Part shown: positions 17,402 to 25,763 of the stretch, in pieces | Layout: every line of letters starts with the position of its first letter | Numbering within the stretch: the first letter of the stretch is position 1 | Assembly: GCA_029864565.1 (NCBI GenBank) | Contig: JAOTTD010000002.1 | Location: 11,885 to 75,884, forward strand | Source: Thermoplasmata archaeon | GTDB taxonomy: Archaea; Thermoplasmatota; Thermoplasmata; UBA10834 | Length of the DNA stretch: 64,000 bases | Reading direction: 5' to 3' | Made by a program: the position numbers and the translations under genes | The notes under the pieces: model-generated | Seen by the model: only the letters and a program-made list of their open reading frames with translations | What the model was told of the DNA's origin: nothing | The model's database searches: none

Positions 17402-17749
17402 ATGGAAGAGAAGGACAAGAAGGAGTATGAAGAGGTCATATCGTCGTACTATGGCGAGGACCAGGTTACCGCCCTTATCACGTTCAAGATAGACACCAAG
17501 GGCTCTGACGACGTCGCCAGAAGAATCGCCGACAGCAGCGACATCGAGGATGTGTTCTTGGTCACTGGCGACACGGACATCATTGCCAAGGCCAGATTCC
17601 CCAGCTATGCTGCGCTGAAGAAATTCATCGTCAACGATGTCGCAGATATACCGGGAGTCAAGGAAACGAGAACCTTCATGGTAGTGACGACCTTCAAGGA
17701 GAAAGGTAAGGTCATCCGAGACGCCGATGAGGAAGACTCGAAAGAGTAG
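17402..17749 (+). CDS. Stand-alone Lrp/AsnC ligand-binding (RAM) domain protein
   Basis: ALITFKIDTKG...IEDVFLVTGDTDIIAKARFPSYAALKKFIVNDVADIPGVKETRTFMVV is the RAM fold pattern. There is no N-terminal HTH. Confidence 0.75.
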   Translation: MEEKDKKEYEEVISSYYGEDQVTALITFKIDTKGSDDVARRIADSSDIEDVFLVTGDTDIIAKARFPSYAALKKFIVNDVADIPGVKETRTFMVVTTFKEKGKVIRDADEEDSKE

Positions 17750-17782
17750 AGGACTGGATGTCCTGCATGAGGTTCAGGAAGT

Positions 17783-18046
17783 GTGATTATTATGGATGCG
17801 GAGACGAGATTGAGACAGATAATGGAAGTTCTAGACCAGCTTGCGGAGGACACCTCCGTGCCCAGGAACATCCGGAGAGGGGCCACGGAGGCCAAGGATA
17901 GGCTTCAGCAGAAGAGCGAGGCGCTCGACATTAGGAGCGCCAGCGCGATCATGATACTCGACGAACTGGCTAACGACCCAAACATACCACTCCACGGAAG
18001 GACCCTCATCTGGAACATCATCAGCCAGCTGGAAACGGTGAAGTAG
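17783..18046 (+). CDS. UPF0147 family protein
   Basis: DTSVPRNIRRGATEAK...ILDELANDPNIPLHGRTLIWNIISQLE matches the archaeal UPF0147 signature as remembered. ATG 17792 is an alternative start. Confidence 0.75.
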   Translation: MIIMDAETRLRQIMEVLDQLAEDTSVPRNIRRGATEAKDRLQQKSEALDIRSASAIMILDELANDPNIPLHGRTLIWNIISQLETVK

Positions 18047-18112
18047 GCCGCGCTAACCATCAAAGGATGCCGGCGCGCTCTCTCAGGCTCATTTGTTCGG
18101 AGATTTGCAGTC

Positions 18113-18790
18113 ATGCCGAAGAAGAGGGATGTTTGCTTCTGCTCGTGGAGCGGAGGCAAGGACTCGTGCCTGGCCCTCTTCCGATCGCTCAACTCCGGTA
18201 TGCAACCGCGGGTGTTGCTGACCATGCTCACTGAAGCCGGCGAGAGATCCCGTTCCCATGGCTTGCCGGTTTCGCTCCTGAAACAGCAGGCATCGTCGCT
18301 CGGTATGAGATTGATCACCAGGAAGACCTCTTGGGATGACTACGAAGCGAACTTCCTAGACGAGGCGAATCGCCTCCGAGAAGAAGGAATCTCCGTGGGA
18401 GTCTTCGGCGACATCGACTTGGAGCAGCACAGAGAATGGGTCGAGAGGGTCTGCGCAAAGGCCGACATGAAGGCTGTCCTTCCGCTGTGGAAATCAAACA
18501 GGGATGATCTGCTTACGGAGTTTCTTTCGTCTGGGTTCAAGGCGACCGTCGTATCGGTTAAGGAGGGCGTTCTAGACAGCGCTTTCCTTGGCAGGAGTCT
18601 CACCGCCGCAGTCATCAAGGATATGAAGCTAGCTGGAATAGACGCTTGCGGAGAGGAGGGGGAGTATCACACTTTCGTTACAGACGGCCCTGTCTTCTCA
18701 AAGCCCGTTGAGGTCTTGCAGCGCTGCGTTCATCTCAGAGACGGTTATTGGTACCTTGACCTCGACGCCCCAGCGACGGGCCCACTCTGA
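18113..18790 (+). CDS. dph6: Diphthine-ammonia ligase-like PP-loop ATPase (Dph6 / MJ0570 family)
   Basis: PP-loop CSWSGGKDSC, later GEEGEYHTFV. ~225 aa, consistent with the archaeal single-domain form. Confidence 0.8.
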   Translation: MPKKRDVCFCSWSGGKDSCLALFRSLNSGMQPRVLLTMLTEAGERSRSHGLPVSLLKQQASSLGMRLITRKTSWDDYEANFLDEANRLREEGISVGVFGDIDLEQHREWVERVCAKADMKAVLPLWKSNRDDLLTEFLSSGFKATVVSVKEGVLDSAFLGRSLTAAVIKDMKLAGIDACGEEGEYHTFVTDGPVFSKPVEVLQRCVHLRDGYWYLDLDAPATGPL

Positions 18791-18810
18791 AGTTGATATC
18801 GCCTGCAAAT

Positions 18811-18821
18811 ACGTTTAAATT
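18811..18821 (+). promoter_or_regulatory. TATA-like promoter of tRNA-Gly
   Basis: acgtttaaatt is centred ~30 nt upstream of tRNA position 1 (18848). Same cgtttaaa core as the cdc6 promoter. Confidence 0.4.
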
Positions 18822-18847
18822 GGGTCTTCTCATTCATTTCCCCGGAA

Positions 18848-18919
18848 GCGGCTGTAGTCTAGCGGTTAGGACTGAAGCTTCCCAAGCTTTAAGCCCGGGT
18901 TCAAATCCCGGCAGCCGCA
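18848..18919 (+). tRNA. tRNA-Gly (anticodon CCC)
   Basis: Manual cloverleaf. Acceptor GCGGCTG/CAGCCGC plus discriminator A. D stem GTCT/GGAC. Anticodon stem GAAGC/GCTTT with loop TTCCCAA. T arm CCGGG-TTCAAAT-CCCGG. 72 nt, no intron, CCA not encoded. Confidence 0.9.
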
Positions 18920-18922
18920 CAC

Positions 18923-19174
18923 CTATGCGTAGCCAGACATATATTTCTCGTTTTCAATCAAAGGTTCTTCTGCAACTCGGGATTTCTCGGGGTTGAAAAT
19001 CTCGAGAACCTCCTTTATCGCAGAGTCTTCTCTCTTCCTGCAGTAGTGACTCTCTGTGGTCCTCGTTGAGGAGTGACCAAGCAGAAGGGGGACTGATTCG
19101 ATGGTCGTACCCATATCGAGACATGTCTGGCCGAAGGTCCTTCTCCAACCCCTGCGGCCTTCACCCTGTGCCGA
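18923..19174 (-). pseudogene. Tyrosine recombinase (integrase) C-terminal catalytic fragment
   Basis: The minus frame reads ...GRRGWRRTFGQTCLDMGTTIESVPLLLGHSSTRTTESHYCRKRE... This covers box II of tyrosine recombinases (R..TF, LLGHS, catalytic Y). Only ~83 codons remain between an upstream TAA and the stop. The fragment abuts the 3' end of tRNA-Gly and runs into the methyltransferase 3' end. Confidence 0.7.
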
Positions 19175-20069
19175 TTATGAAGAGATATGACGTTGCTGCG
19201 GAGCCCGACCTAGCTATCGCCTTCTTGATCATCTCGCCTTCCTCTTTGATTCGGTTCCTGACCTCTGGGTCGGGGTAGTCCTTTATCCTGTCGTATGTCT
19301 CGTCGATCCTTTTTATCGAATCGTGGAATATCGCCTGGTTCTTCGGGTCCTCGCACAGCTGGTTTCTCTCGCAGAACAGACAGTCCATAGGGCGGTCGGA
19401 GTCGAAGACCTCAAGATCCTTCAGGCCCAGGCCGTTCGCGAAATCCATGAGCCTATACCTCGTGAAAGCCGTGTTGTGGGTTATCCCCTGCAGGCTGTCA
19501 ATCTTAGTACACCACTCGTGCTCGAGTTCGTCCACCCTCTGAGCCTCCGTCTTGTCGCCGTCGCAGTAAAGCTCTTGGATGATGAAACGGCCGCCTGGCC
19601 TGAGCACGCGCCTCATCTCGGTCAGCACCGCGTCCACGTCGTCGAGGTGGTGCAGGGCGTACGATATGCAGACTGTGTCGAAGGAGCCGCTCTCGAACCC
19701 CATGTCCTCTCCGTTCATCTCGAGGAATTCGACAGGCCTTCCCCTGAAATGCACCCTCCCCTCCCTCATCTCCTCTACGGAGTCGTACGAGGTGCAGTTG
19801 TCTATCCCAATGAAGGACTCGTAGTCCTTCAGAGTGTTCATCAGGGTGTCGATGAACCCCCCTTGACCAGTGGCGACATCCAGCACTCTGCCGCCCGAGA
19901 TAGACCCGAGCCTCTTCGCTATCCTGGGCGCTTCGGATGACTTCAACCCCTTCGGGAAGCGTCCGACCTGTCTTCTCACGGGCGCTAATCCCACCTCATC
20001 CCTTATCATTCTTGCTGAGATGATGGCCCGTGGCATGTGCAAGGCTAGACAATCTCTGTTAACCATCAT
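19161..20069 (-). CDS. Class I SAM-dependent methyltransferase with Cys-containing C-terminal domain
   Basis: Motif I VLDVATGQGGF, FDTVCISYALHHL, LRPGGRFIIQE (Methyltransf_11-like). The extra ~120 aa C-terminal region contains DCLFCERNQLCEDP. Confidence 0.85.
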   Translation of the reverse strand: MMVNRDCLALHMPRAIISARMIRDEVGLAPVRRQVGRFPKGLKSSEAPRIAKRLGSISGGRVLDVATGQGGFIDTLMNTLKDYESFIGIDNCTSYDSVEEMREGRVHFRGRPVEFLEMNGEDMGFESGSFDTVCISYALHHLDDVDAVLTEMRRVLRPGGRFIIQELYCDGDKTEAQRVDELEHEWCTKIDSLQGITHNTAFTRYRLMDFANGLGLKDLEVFDSDRPMDCLFCERNQLCEDPKNQAIFHDSIKRIDETYDRIKDYPDPEVRNRIKEEGEMIKKAIARSGSAATSYLFIIGTG

Positions 20070-20207
20070 CCTGGAGAATACCAGTGGTACTCACATTGGC
20101 GACCTGAGTTGACAATGTGAGAAAACTGAGGATTTGATGTAAAGCGATTGCACTGAGGGGGATTCTCATTTAGATTGAAATCAGAAAAAGGACGTCTGGC
20201 TACTGCT

Positions 20208-20221
20208 GGATTCAAATCCCG
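20208..20221 (+). repeat. 14-bp copy (13/14) of the tRNA-Gly T-arm segment, possible distal att remnant
   Basis: ggattcaaatcccg here versus gggttcaaatcccg at 18897-18910, same orientation. No tRNA fold is possible around this copy. Confidence 0.35.
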
Positions 20222-20327
20222 ATGAAGTGGGGAGTCTGCGCAAACCTGAAATACTCACCACCCTTACGCATCGAAAGGGCCGCAGAAAGCCTAACGCCCT
20301 TCACGATCTAGGAAGGAGGAATTGGCA

Positions 20328-21077
20328 ATGTCCAGCCAGGCGGCGAATGTAACCGGTGAAGCGAAGATCCAGAGCGAGCCATCAGATGGAATCGTGGTAG
20401 CCAAGGTTCTGACGAAGGTGTACGACACCGGGAAGGTTAAAGTCGAAGCGCTCAGAGGTGTGAATCTGTCCGTCCAGGAAGGAGAGATGGTGGCTGTGAT
20501 GGGGCCGTCAGGATGTGGCAAGACAACCCTACTGAACTGCCTCTCCGGGCTCGACGACCTCACCGAAGGCGAGGTGTTCATCCGAGGAAGACTGCTCACA
20601 GACATGTCCGACCGCGAGCGCACCGGATACAGGGCGGAGAAGATCGGATTCATATTCCAGGCATACAACCTGCTCCCAGTACTTACTGCGGTCGAGAACG
20701 TGGAGCTGCCGCTGCTGCTTTCCGGAACCAAGCCAAAGGAGGCCAGGGAGATGGCCCTCGATTCCTTGAATACAGTGGGCCTCAGAGAGTGGAAGGACCA
20801 CAAACCCTCAGAGCTGTCGGGCGGGCAGCAGCAGAGGGTGACAATTGCGAGATCGCTCGTGAACAAGCCGGAAATCGTGTTCGGAGATGAGCCGACAGGC
20901 AACCTTGACAGCGAATATTCCAAGGACATCATGGAACTGCTGAAGAAGCTCAACAAGGAGAATCGCCAGACCTTCATTATCGTCACCCACGACTACAATG
21001 TCGGCAGGATGGCCGACCGAATTGTCATGATGAGAGATGGTGTGATAGAGAAGGACTTCAAACCCGCGCCCTACTGA
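20328..21077 (+). CDS. ABC transporter ATP-binding protein (MacB/LolD-type)
   Basis: Walker A GPSGCGKTT, Q-loop, signature LSGGQQQRVTIARSL, Walker B IVFGDEPTGNLD. ggaaggagg lies 9 nt upstream of ATG 20328. Confidence 0.9.
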   Translation: MSSQAANVTGEAKIQSEPSDGIVVAKVLTKVYDTGKVKVEALRGVNLSVQEGEMVAVMGPSGCGKTTLLNCLSGLDDLTEGEVFIRGRLLTDMSDRERTGYRAEKIGFIFQAYNLLPVLTAVENVELPLLLSGTKPKEAREMALDSLNTVGLREWKDHKPSELSGGQQQRVTIARSLVNKPEIVFGDEPTGNLDSEYSKDIMELLKKLNKENRQTFIIVTHDYNVGRMADRIVMMRDGVIEKDFKPAPY

Positions 21078-21089
21078 GGTGTGTGGATC

Positions 21090-23990
21090 ATGAGCGCCCT
21101 TGTCCAACTTGCCATTATCGCGGCGATGATACTCGTCGCCATAGGCATGTTGGCCCTCAGGAGAACAGTATTCGCACGCATGGCGTTGAGGAACATATCT
21201 AGGCGGAAGAGGTTCTCCGCCATCGTGGTAGTGGGACTGCTCATCGCGACCGCAATGATATCCGCCGCGCTAGTAATGGGAGACACGATCGACTACCTGA
21301 TAAAAGGGGATGTGTTCGAAAGCACGGGAGACGTTGATGTGGTCGTTTCAATGGAAGATGACTCAGGCCTCTATCAGTTCTTCAACCAGAGTATCGCCTA
21401 CGACCTGATCGACCTCCTCGAGACGGGAAAACTGGACAACGTGGACGAAGTCGCACCTGCAATACGAGAGGTCGCCGCTGCAATCTATCCCTTGACCGGC
21501 ACATCGGTTCCCTCCGCGACAGTATTCGCATATGACCACGACCATGTCGTTAACGATCTTCGGGACGTGCACGGCAACGAGATATCCGTTGATCTTATGA
21601 CCAACGGGAAGACGGTCGTGAACGAAGATCTGGCTGATTCACTCGAAGTGAGCGTTGGCGACACGGTCATCGTATACCCGAAGAATGGACTCCCCGCGTC
21701 CCTGGAAATCTCGGCGATAGCAGCTGATGAGAGCATGGGTAGCTGGCAGCTCTCAGAGATCGTGTTCCTCGACCTGGCCTACGCCCAGGAGACGATCTTC
21801 CTTCACCCTGGAATGATAACTGTCATCGATGTGTCATGCGTGGGTTCTATGGAGAAGGGATATCTTGTCACAGACGAAGCTGTTGCGGAGCTGAAGGCCA
21901 TCATCCCTGACTCCGAAGAGTTCGAATTCAACGAAGTCAAGAGGGACGGCGTTGAGATGGCCGAAGACCTTTCCGACATGAACACGCAGCTCTTCGTGCT
22001 AATGAGTTCGTTCACCATAATCGCAGGCGTGGCCCTCATCGTGAACATATTCGTGATGCTTGCCGAGGAACGGAAATCCGAGATGGGCATCTCCCGCGCA
22101 GTGGGAATGCAGAGGGGGGACCTGACCCAGACGTTCGTGTTCGAAGGAGTGATCTATGCTCTAATGGCTTCCGCTGTCGGCGCCTTCGTAGGTCTGGCCA
22201 TAGCGTTCGCTATGATAAGTGCGTTCTCCGTCGTAATGGGCGGAGGTGGGTTTACATTCGTGCTTTACTTCGAGTGGGATAGCCTCGCCCTTGCCGCGGT
22301 CGCGGGATTTCTGATTACCATGATGACAGTAATCATGTCGTCGTGGAGAGTGAGCAGATTGAACATCGTGCGAGCCATACGCGATATCCCGGAGCCGATT
22401 CTGGCGAAATCCGAGAAGAAGTACGTGGTCTCTGGGATACTATCCATCGCATTTGGCTTGCTGCTCATGCTCGTTGGCGCAGACTCAAGACAGGCCGCTG
22501 CGACGACCTCAGGCATGACTTTGGCGGCCTTGGGCGCGGCCATCGTAGCTGTGAGGTTTGTCAGGCCCAGAATCCCGTTCACCGTCTCAGGGTTCTGGCT
22601 GATATTCTACACCGTGGATTCTAGAGCGGAAAGATTCCTGTTCGGAACTCTCGAGGGAGGCCTGGAGATGTTCATCGTCGCTGGGGTTGCCATGGTGACG
22701 GGGGGCGTGCTAATGGCAATCTTCAACAGCGATATCATGCTCCACGGGCTCGTCCGGATGTTCGGGCGAGGAAGATCGCTCCTTCCTGTATTCCGAGCAG
22801 CGATCAGCTATCCAATGAACAAGAAGTTCAGGACGGGTCTGACCCTATTCATATTCGCGCTCATCATGTTCACGGTGATAGTGCTCGCCATGATTGCGTC
22901 GTTCCAGCGAGAGAGCGTCGACAAGCTGTCTGAGAAGTTCTCGGGAGGGTTCGAAGTAATTGGCTACTCACTGAGAGAAATCCCTGACTCAAACATGACT
23001 GCTGCCGTGGCCCAGGTGGACGAATCACTCGGGACACCATCCATTCGACGAGTGGAAACTGCGCGAACGGCGATTGTGTCCATGGCTGTCAAGGGTGAGG
23101 ATGAATCCTCAACTAGAGTCCTGGTCGGTTTCAACGATGAAATGCTCACGGAGGGCGCATTCTCTCTCGCTAAGAGGGCGGACGAGTACACATCAGACGT
23201 GGATGCGTGGAACGCAGTTATGGAGGACAGCAGCCTGGTGATACTTGACGGCAACGTAGCGCCGACGGACATAACGATGATCTCCGAAGGCTGGTTCGTC
23301 GATGTCGGCGAAACCGTCACGATCACTTTCGCCAACTCCTCCACCACGGACGTCAAAGTGATTGGCATAATGGACCAGATGCTTATCAACGGAGCATTCA
23401 CGAGCAAGCCGTTTGTCGAAGACCACGTACCGGCTAGTGCGGAGAACCTGTTCTACATCGACACCTACTCGGACCCGACTTTCACAGATGACGATGTCAA
23501 AGAAGGGCTCGAAAGAGCGCTCGCGGAGTATGGCCTCACTGTTATCGTGGTGAGGGATATCTTGGAAGAGTTCATGAGCACAACGGCCTCAGTAATGCAG
23601 CTCATGGAGCTATTCCTCGGCGTCGGCTTGGTTGTCGGAATAGCTGGACTCGGAATAATCACAATCAGAAACATCTCGGAGAGGAGACAGGAGATTGGAG
23701 TCATGAGGGCGATAGGCTTTCAGAGGAAGATGATTCTCGCGACGTTCCTCATAGAGACTTCTTACGTGTCGCTGCTCGGAATAGCGATGGGGATAGTACT
23801 CGGACTCCTCATATCCCACAGCCTATTCACGTGGGGAGGTTTCTCCGAGTACTCCGACTTCGTCATACCGTGGTGGGAGATACTGTTGGTCCTCCTTGTC
23901 GCGTTCACGGTTACCATAGCCGCGACCCTTCCTCCCTCGAGAAGGGCATCCAGAATGACCCCCGCCGAGGCCTTAAGAAGAGTCGACTGA
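21090..23990 (+). CDS. ABC transporter permease with two FtsX/MacB-type modules and large extracytoplasmic domains
   Basis: ~966 aa. N-terminal ARMALRNISRRKRFS plus TM. Two FtsX-like 4-TM blocks, each preceded by a Lxx-RxxEIG(I/V)xRAxG motif (EERKSEMGISRAVGMQ; SERRQEIGVMRAIGFQ). Confidence 0.88.
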   Translation: MSALVQLAIIAAMILVAIGMLALRRTVFARMALRNISRRKRFSAIVVVGLLIATAMISAALVMGDTIDYLIKGDVFESTGDVDVVVSMEDDSGLYQFFNQSIAYDLIDLLETGKLDNVDEVAPAIREVAAAIYPLTGTSVPSATVFAYDHDHVVNDLRDVHGNEISVDLMTNGKTVVNEDLADSLEVSVGDTVIVYPKNGLPASLEISAIAADESMGSWQLSEIVFLDLAYAQETIFLHPGMITVIDVSCVGSMEKGYLVTDEAVAELKAIIPDSEEFEFNEVKRDGVEMAEDLSDMNTQLFVLMSSFTIIAGVALIVNIFVMLAEERKSEMGISRAVGMQRGDLTQTFVFEGVIYALMASAVGAFVGLAIAFAMISAFSVVMGGGGFTFVLYFEWDSLALAAVAGFLITMMTVIMSSWRVSRLNIVRAIRDIPEPILAKSEKKYVVSGILSIAFGLLLMLVGADSRQAAATTSGMTLAALGAAIVAVRFVRPRIPFTVSGFWLIFYTVDSRAERFLFGTLEGGLEMFIVAGVAMVTGGVLMAIFNSDIMLHGLVRMFGRGRSLLPVFRAAISYPMNKKFRTGLTLFIFALIMFTVIVLAMIASFQRESVDKLSEKFSGGFEVIGYSLREIPDSNMTAAVAQVDESLGTPSIRRVETARTAIVSMAVKGEDESSTRVLVGFNDEMLTEGAFSLAKRADEYTSDVDAWNAVMEDSSLVILDGNVAPTDITMISEGWFVDVGETVTITFANSSTTDVKVIGIMDQMLINGAFTSKPFVEDHVPASAENLFYIDTYSDPTFTDDDVKEGLERALAEYGLTVIVVRDILEEFMSTTASVMQLMELFLGVGLVVGIAGLGIITIRNISERRQEIGVMRAIGFQRKMILATFLIETSYVSLLGIAMGIVLGLLISHSLFTWGGFSEYSDFVIPWWEILLVLLVAFTVTIAATLPPSRRASRMTPAEALRRVD

Positions 23991-24000
23991 TACTTCCGCA

Positions 24001-24300
24001 TTGGCTTCAGCATCCGTGGAGGGCGCTCTTCGTGCGCTGAGGGGAGGGCAGCTGGTGCACGTCGACCCTTACGGGCGAGAGGATGAGACGGACATAATCA
24101 TAACCTCAGAGGTGGTCGCGACTGAGACAAAGCGCGCCGCGAGGCGCGATGCAAGAGGACTCATCCATGAACAACCTCTTCTTCCAGAAGGCTTCGGCCA
24201 ATCCCTGCTCTGGGTGTTTCTTGGTATGCTCCAACAGAAGATGGAATATCTCCGGTCACCACGACCTTGTTTTGACGTGCACAATTACAAAGGTAAATAT
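24001..24300 (+). pseudogene. ribB: 5' remnant of ribB (3,4-dihydroxy-2-butanone-4-phosphate synthase)
   Basis: VEGALRALRGGQLVHVDPYGREDETDIIITSEVVATETKRAARRDARGLI matches the RibB N-terminus (..AL..G..V.V.D...RE.E.D......vt.e....R.dagGLI). Similarity is lost after ~60 codons, and the frame ends at the acyltransferase start. Confidence 0.5.
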
Positions 24301-24306
24301 CGGTAA

Positions 24307-25485
24307 ATGGCAGTTCCGTCTCCGTGGAAAGGGTTCAGATCTAACATGTCCAGGCGGCTGTACTTCGCAGACAACTTGCGCTGGTCCATGATCGTGCTTG
24401 TTGTATTCATACATGCTAGCGTAACATACGGTCCACTAGGCTCATGGTTCTATAGAGACTCCGCAGGTGTCACGGACACATCAGATACAGTTCTGGCAAT
24501 CTTTGGGGTCTTCGTCCAGGGATTCTTCATGGGCATGCTGTTTCTCCTGGCAGGATATTTCACTCCGGGATCGTATCAGCGCAAGGGACTGGTGAGGTTC
24601 GTCAAAGACCGCGCGATTAGGCTCGGGGTACCGGCCCTGGTTTTCATATTCTTGATAGCGCCTCCAATAGTCTACTATCCAAATGAGGACTACTGGCATG
24701 AACAAGGAACTGCCACTTTTATAGAATGGCTTGGCGACTACCTACCGGATCCGTCGAGATGGGACATGGGGCCTCTTTGGTTTACTGTCGCGCTTCTTGC
24801 GTTCACCCTCGCTTGGGTCGGATTCATGTCTCTTGGAGATACCAGGGAGTTGCATGAGAAGAAAAGACTGAGGCAATGGCACTTGCTGCTTGTTGTATTT
24901 CTCATGGGGTTCGCTTCGTTCATCGTCAGGCTTTGGCATCCAATAGGGACGGACGTATGGAACATGCAGCTGTGCTTCTTTCCGCAGTATATCGTCCTAT
25001 TCGTGTTGGGAGTCTTGGCACACAGCAACGACTGGTTGCTGGGGATTGAGAAAAGAATGGCTCGATTCTGGAATCTGATTCTGCTAGTGTTGGTGGTTGC
25101 GGTTTTTCCGATACTTACTGTCGCAGGGGGTGCATTGGAGGAAGAGACAGGTACGGACGCGTACTTCGGAGGATTGCACTGGCAATCCTTCGCATTCGCT
25201 ATGTGGGTGGAGTTCTACTGCGTTGCAGTGATCGTTTCATTGATATTCCTTTATAGGGAAAGATTCAACCGGCAAGGACGGGTCTCGAAGTATCTTTCTG
25301 ACAATTCGTTTGCAGTCTATGTATTTCACGCGCCAGTTGTCGTCGGCATAGGCATATTGTTACATCCCGTAAGTGCGCCAGTCATACTGAAATTTCTCGT
25401 GCTTGCATTGTGCAGCCTGCCAATCATCTATCTTTTGGCAGGATTTGTGCTTCGCAAGGTCCCCCTACTGAAGTCCATTCTATAA
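24307..25485 (+). CDS. Acyltransferase family 3 membrane protein (OpgC/OafA-like)
   Basis: RRLYFADNLRWSMIVLVVFIHASVTYG followed by ~10 TM segments. Visibly more AT-rich than its flanks. ATG 24346 (MSRRLYF) is an alternative start. Confidence 0.85.
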   Translation: MAVPSPWKGFRSNMSRRLYFADNLRWSMIVLVVFIHASVTYGPLGSWFYRDSAGVTDTSDTVLAIFGVFVQGFFMGMLFLLAGYFTPGSYQRKGLVRFVKDRAIRLGVPALVFIFLIAPPIVYYPNEDYWHEQGTATFIEWLGDYLPDPSRWDMGPLWFTVALLAFTLAWVGFMSLGDTRELHEKKRLRQWHLLLVVFLMGFASFIVRLWHPIGTDVWNMQLCFFPQYIVLFVLGVLAHSNDWLLGIEKRMARFWNLILLVLVVAVFPILTVAGGALEEETGTDAYFGGLHWQSFAFAMWVEFYCVAVIVSLIFLYRERFNRQGRVSKYLSDNSFAVYVFHAPVVVGIGILLHPVSAPVILKFLVLALCSLPIIYLLAGFVLRKVPLLKSIL

Positions 25486-25625
25486 GTGGCGATCTGCGAG
25501 ATACGTCGTTCAGAATCAGGGAGACCGGTGAAAGGACCATGACTATTGAGGAACGAACGAGGGGCTTCTGTGAAAAGCCCGGCTCAAGGGTCGAAGAAGA
25601 AATCGAAGAGCCAATACTCAAACTG
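25486..25625 (+). pseudogene. ribB: Possible 3' remnant of ribB (frameshifted)
   Basis: Directly after the acyltransferase stop one frame reads VAICEIRRSESGRPV (compare RibB ..VICEI.nddG..a). After a 1-nt frame change it reads TIEERTRGFCEKPGSRVEEEIEEPI (compare RibB tail ..e.i.FA.kh.l..vtIedL). Same orientation and order as the 5' remnant. Confidence 0.4.
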
Positions 25626-25763
25626 GGCGAGACAAGGGCTTCGGCACGTGGAGAATGATGCCCGGCTCAGCAAGTTCGTTTAGCCTGGCCTTGTATGGCA
25701 CACTTGGGCGAGCAGACCACTTCAACCCTTTCCCTTTACTTCACTCCGAAAGGTTTTGAGCGG

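Noticed and set aside
20173-20184. gattgaaatcag, reminiscent of some archaeal CRISPR repeat ends
   Set aside because: It is a single occurrence. No repeat-spacer periodicity exists anywhere in the window, and there are no cas genes.
24069-24391. Listed ORFs 24069..24284 (-) and 24149..24391 (+) as separate genes
   Set aside because: They overlap the decaying ribB 5' remnant and the acyltransferase start, and their composition is implausible. The plus-frame string NISGHHDLVL could be a frameshifted trace of the RibB PGH region, but that is too weak to call.
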